A DNA stretch of 64,000 nucleotides, taken from NCBI GenBank assembly GCA_947385085.1, contig CANDJN010000001.1, forward strand, positions 73,494 through 137,493, in the 5' to 3' direction. The DNA is from an uncultured Erysipelotrichaceae bacterium (lineage in GTDB: Bacteria > Bacillota_I > Bacilli_A > Erysipelotrichales > Erysipelotrichaceae). Below, piece by piece: positions 61,847-64,000 of this stretch (position 1 is its first letter; every line of letters begins with the position of its first letter). The notes under the pieces were generated by a model that was not told the origin of the DNA, made no database searches, and saw only the letters and a program-made list of their open reading frames with translations. The position numbers and the translations under genes are program-made.

Positions 61847-64000
61847 TTATGATTCTTTTGAAGTGTTTTCTGTTGCTTTGGTGATGTACTCTTGAAGACG
61901 CCGAAATCGACTTAGCTGTTGAGTGAGGATTGTCATAACAATCGGTATGACTACGATGCCACCCAAGGTAGCACATAAAGGGATGAAGCCTAGCTGTACT
62001 ATCATAAAGACCTTTGGCAAAAAGATGATCGCCAAGGTGAAAAGCAGAGCCATTGACAGGAAAACAAGGCGTCGTTGTCTGGTGAATGGGGAACAGATGC
62101 GGCGCAATACCGTTAACATGCAGGTTCCGGTTAAAATCACGCACATGGTAGATCTCACCTCATCGCCATATTGGAATATTGAGGTAAATAAGGATACGCA
62201 TAATATCGCAGCGATGACCATGAAGGCACCCGGTGCCGCATGGGTTAATACATTAATGACAAAATTTCCTTTGACACGATTGTGATTTGGTTCTAAAGCA
62301 AGAAAGAACGAGGGAATTCCGATGGTCAAAGAGGAAATCAATGTTAACTGGATGGGGATAAACGGATAACGGCTATTCAAGAATAAGGTAATGACTGCCA
62401 GTGCGGTAGAAAATATTGTTTTGACTAGAAACAGCGAAGCAGCACGCTGTATATTGTTGATAACGCGTCTTCCTTCCGCAACGATATACGGCATATTCTT
62501 AAAGTTATTATCAAGTAAAACGAGATTGGCAATGTTTTTGGCAGCTTCACTGCCCTGAGCCATTGCGATGGAACAATCCGCTTCCTTTAATGCCATGACA
62601 TCATTGACACCATCTCCGATCATGGCAGTAGTATGCTGCTGCTTCAGGGCATGAATAATCATTTTTTTCTGTTGGGGAGTGACCCGTCCAAATACGGTAT
62701 ATTGCTTTACTGCTTCCGGGATTTGTTCCTCTGTGAGCGTGGATGCATCAATATAGGCATCCGCATGAGCGACCTTGGCTTTTTGGGCAATGCGATGAAC
62801 GGTAATGGGATTATCGCCGCTGATGATTTTAATGTCAACTCCTTGTGCCGCAAAATAGTTTAACGTATCGGATGCTTCCTTACGAATTGGGTCATTTAAT
62901 AGAATTAATGCGATCACATCACCCGGTTCACTAACCTGTTCCTCAAGAATGGTTCCTTGTGAATAGGCGAGGGTGAGGACACGATAACCTTTTTGTGAAT
63001 ATTTGGCTATTTGCGTTTCGGCCATGGTATCCTTATGAATTGGCATGCATTCGTATGCGCCTAGCAGATAGGATCCGTGATCAAAAGAGGCTGCACTGTA
63101 TTTGCGCTCGCTGGAAAAAGGAATGACGGCGCTCGCATTGCCGTCCTTGGATTTTTTTATATATTGACGAATGGCCTGGGCAGTAGAATTATCATCGTCG
63201 GTCGCATACATCATCCAAGCCAGAATTTCATTGACATTATGCCTGGAATCACTGACGATACTTTCCACCTGCATATTGCCTTGGGTGATTGTCCCGGTTT
63301 TATCCAGGCAAAGCATATCAACCCGTGCCAGTGTTTCAATACAATACAATTCCTGAACAAGCGTATGATGTTTAGCCAGATGAATGGACCCCACTGCCAG
63401 GGCAACCCCGGTTAACAGCACCAGTCCTTCAGGAATCATGCCGATAAGCGCTGACACGGTTGGAACCACCGCTTCCGCAAAGGGATAGTCCAGAAAATAA
63501 TACTGCTTCAGAAACAACAGAATGCCAATGGGAATAATCGCAATACCGATATATTTAATGATGAAATTGATGGAATCACGCAATTCGCTTTTATGCTTTA
63601 TTAACACCTTGGCATCTTTCATAATCGTGTTGACATAATTGGATTCTCCCACATGCTCCACCTGGGCATAAGCCGTTCCTGATAAAATATAGCTGCCCGA
63701 ATATAAGAAATCACCGGCGCGTTTTACGACAATATCGGATTCACCGTTTACATTGCTTTCATTGATTTCCAGCTTTCCTTCTCTGATATAGCAGTCGCTG
63801 CAAATCTGTGCACCGCTTTTCAAGATCATGATATCATCTAAAACGATTTCTTCAGTATGTATATCACATATGGTCTGATCACGGATAACGGAAATGGTAG
63901 ATTCGTGAATCAATGATAATTTGTCCAAAACGCGCTTAGCGCGAATTTCCTGGAAAATGCCGATGACTAAGTTACTGAAAGCGACCCCTAAAAACAACAG
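61847..64000 (-). CDS. P-type cation-transporting ATPase (type II, Ca2+/Mg2+-like), C-terminal ~716 aa; the N-terminus lies beyond the window
   Basis: DKTGTIT phosphorylation motif, GDGVNDVMALKEAD hinge, C-terminal TM bundle. Confidence 0.9.
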   Translation of the reverse strand: MLFLGVAFSNLVIGIFQEIRAKRVLDKLSLIHESTISVIRDQTICDIHTEEIVLDDIMILKSGAQICSDCYIREGKLEINESNVNGESDIVVKRAGDFLYSGSYILSGTAYAQVEHVGESNYVNTIMKDAKVLIKHKSELRDSINFIIKYIGIAIIPIGILLFLKQYYFLDYPFAEAVVPTVSALIGMIPEGLVLLTGVALAVGSIHLAKHHTLVQELYCIETLARVDMLCLDKTGTITQGNMQVESIVSDSRHNVNEILAWMMYATDDDNSTAQAIRQYIKKSKDGNASAVIPFSSERKYSAASFDHGSYLLGAYECMPIHKDTMAETQIAKYSQKGYRVLTLAYSQGTILEEQVSEPGDVIALILLNDPIRKEASDTLNYFAAQGVDIKIISGDNPITVHRIAQKAKVAHADAYIDASTLTEEQIPEAVKQYTVFGRVTPQQKKMIIHALKQQHTTAMIGDGVNDVMALKEADCSIAMAQGSEAAKNIANLVLLDNNFKNMPYIVAEGRRVINNIQRAASLFLVKTIFSTALAVITLFLNSRYPFIPIQLTLISSLTIGIPSFFLALEPNHNRVKGNFVINVLTHAAPGAFMVIAAILCVSLFTSIFQYGDEVRSTMCVILTGTCMLTVLRRICSPFTRQRRLVFLSMALLFTLAIIFLPKVFMIVQLGFIPLCATLGGIVVIPIVMTILTQQLSRFRRLQEYITKATENTSKES

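Noticed and set aside
1-64000. Search for rRNA, tRNA, CRISPR arrays, transposases and integrases
   Set aside because: No cloverleaf-like or rRNA-like segments, no regular repeat-spacer arrays and no recombinase-like ORFs were seen by eye. The accessory region therefore lacks an identifiable mobility gene within this window.

Overview
Low-GC Firmicutes chromosomal window, probably Erysipelotrichia or Clostridia-like. It has one ribosome-biogenesis block (ffh-rpsP-KH-rimM-trmD), a second (yceD-rpmF, then rimP-nusA-ylxR-L7Ae-infB-rbfA), a shikimate-pathway cluster (aroF, aroE-aroK fusion, aroD), nfnAB, and leuS behind a T-box leader. The left end holds a two-component system plus a LanFEG-like ABC transporter with no biosynthesis genes, and a LysR/aldo-keto reductase/flavodoxin/cupin/CMD detox cluster. 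About 37.9-47.7 kb looks accessory and decaying: a Cys/His-rich tandem-repeat lipoprotein, a CAT-family acetyltransferase, a fragmented alpha/beta hydrolase, HxlR, a WYL regulator, a GyrI-like protein, a TfoX-C protein, a GNAT plus SPL radical-SAM pair, and a frameshifted CPBP protease. The strongest system-level candidates are a three-gene membrane module at 31.3-34.0 kb (a flotillin-like protein with five C-terminal zinc ribbons and two membrane proteins, resembling PspA-associated YdjGHI), a self-contained ~140-nt C-rich small RNA at 20.9-21.06 kb, and the metal-binding-like lipoprotein. No rRNA, tRNA, CRISPR array, transposase or integrase was seen. All family assignments come from reading the translated motifs by eye; no database search was run.
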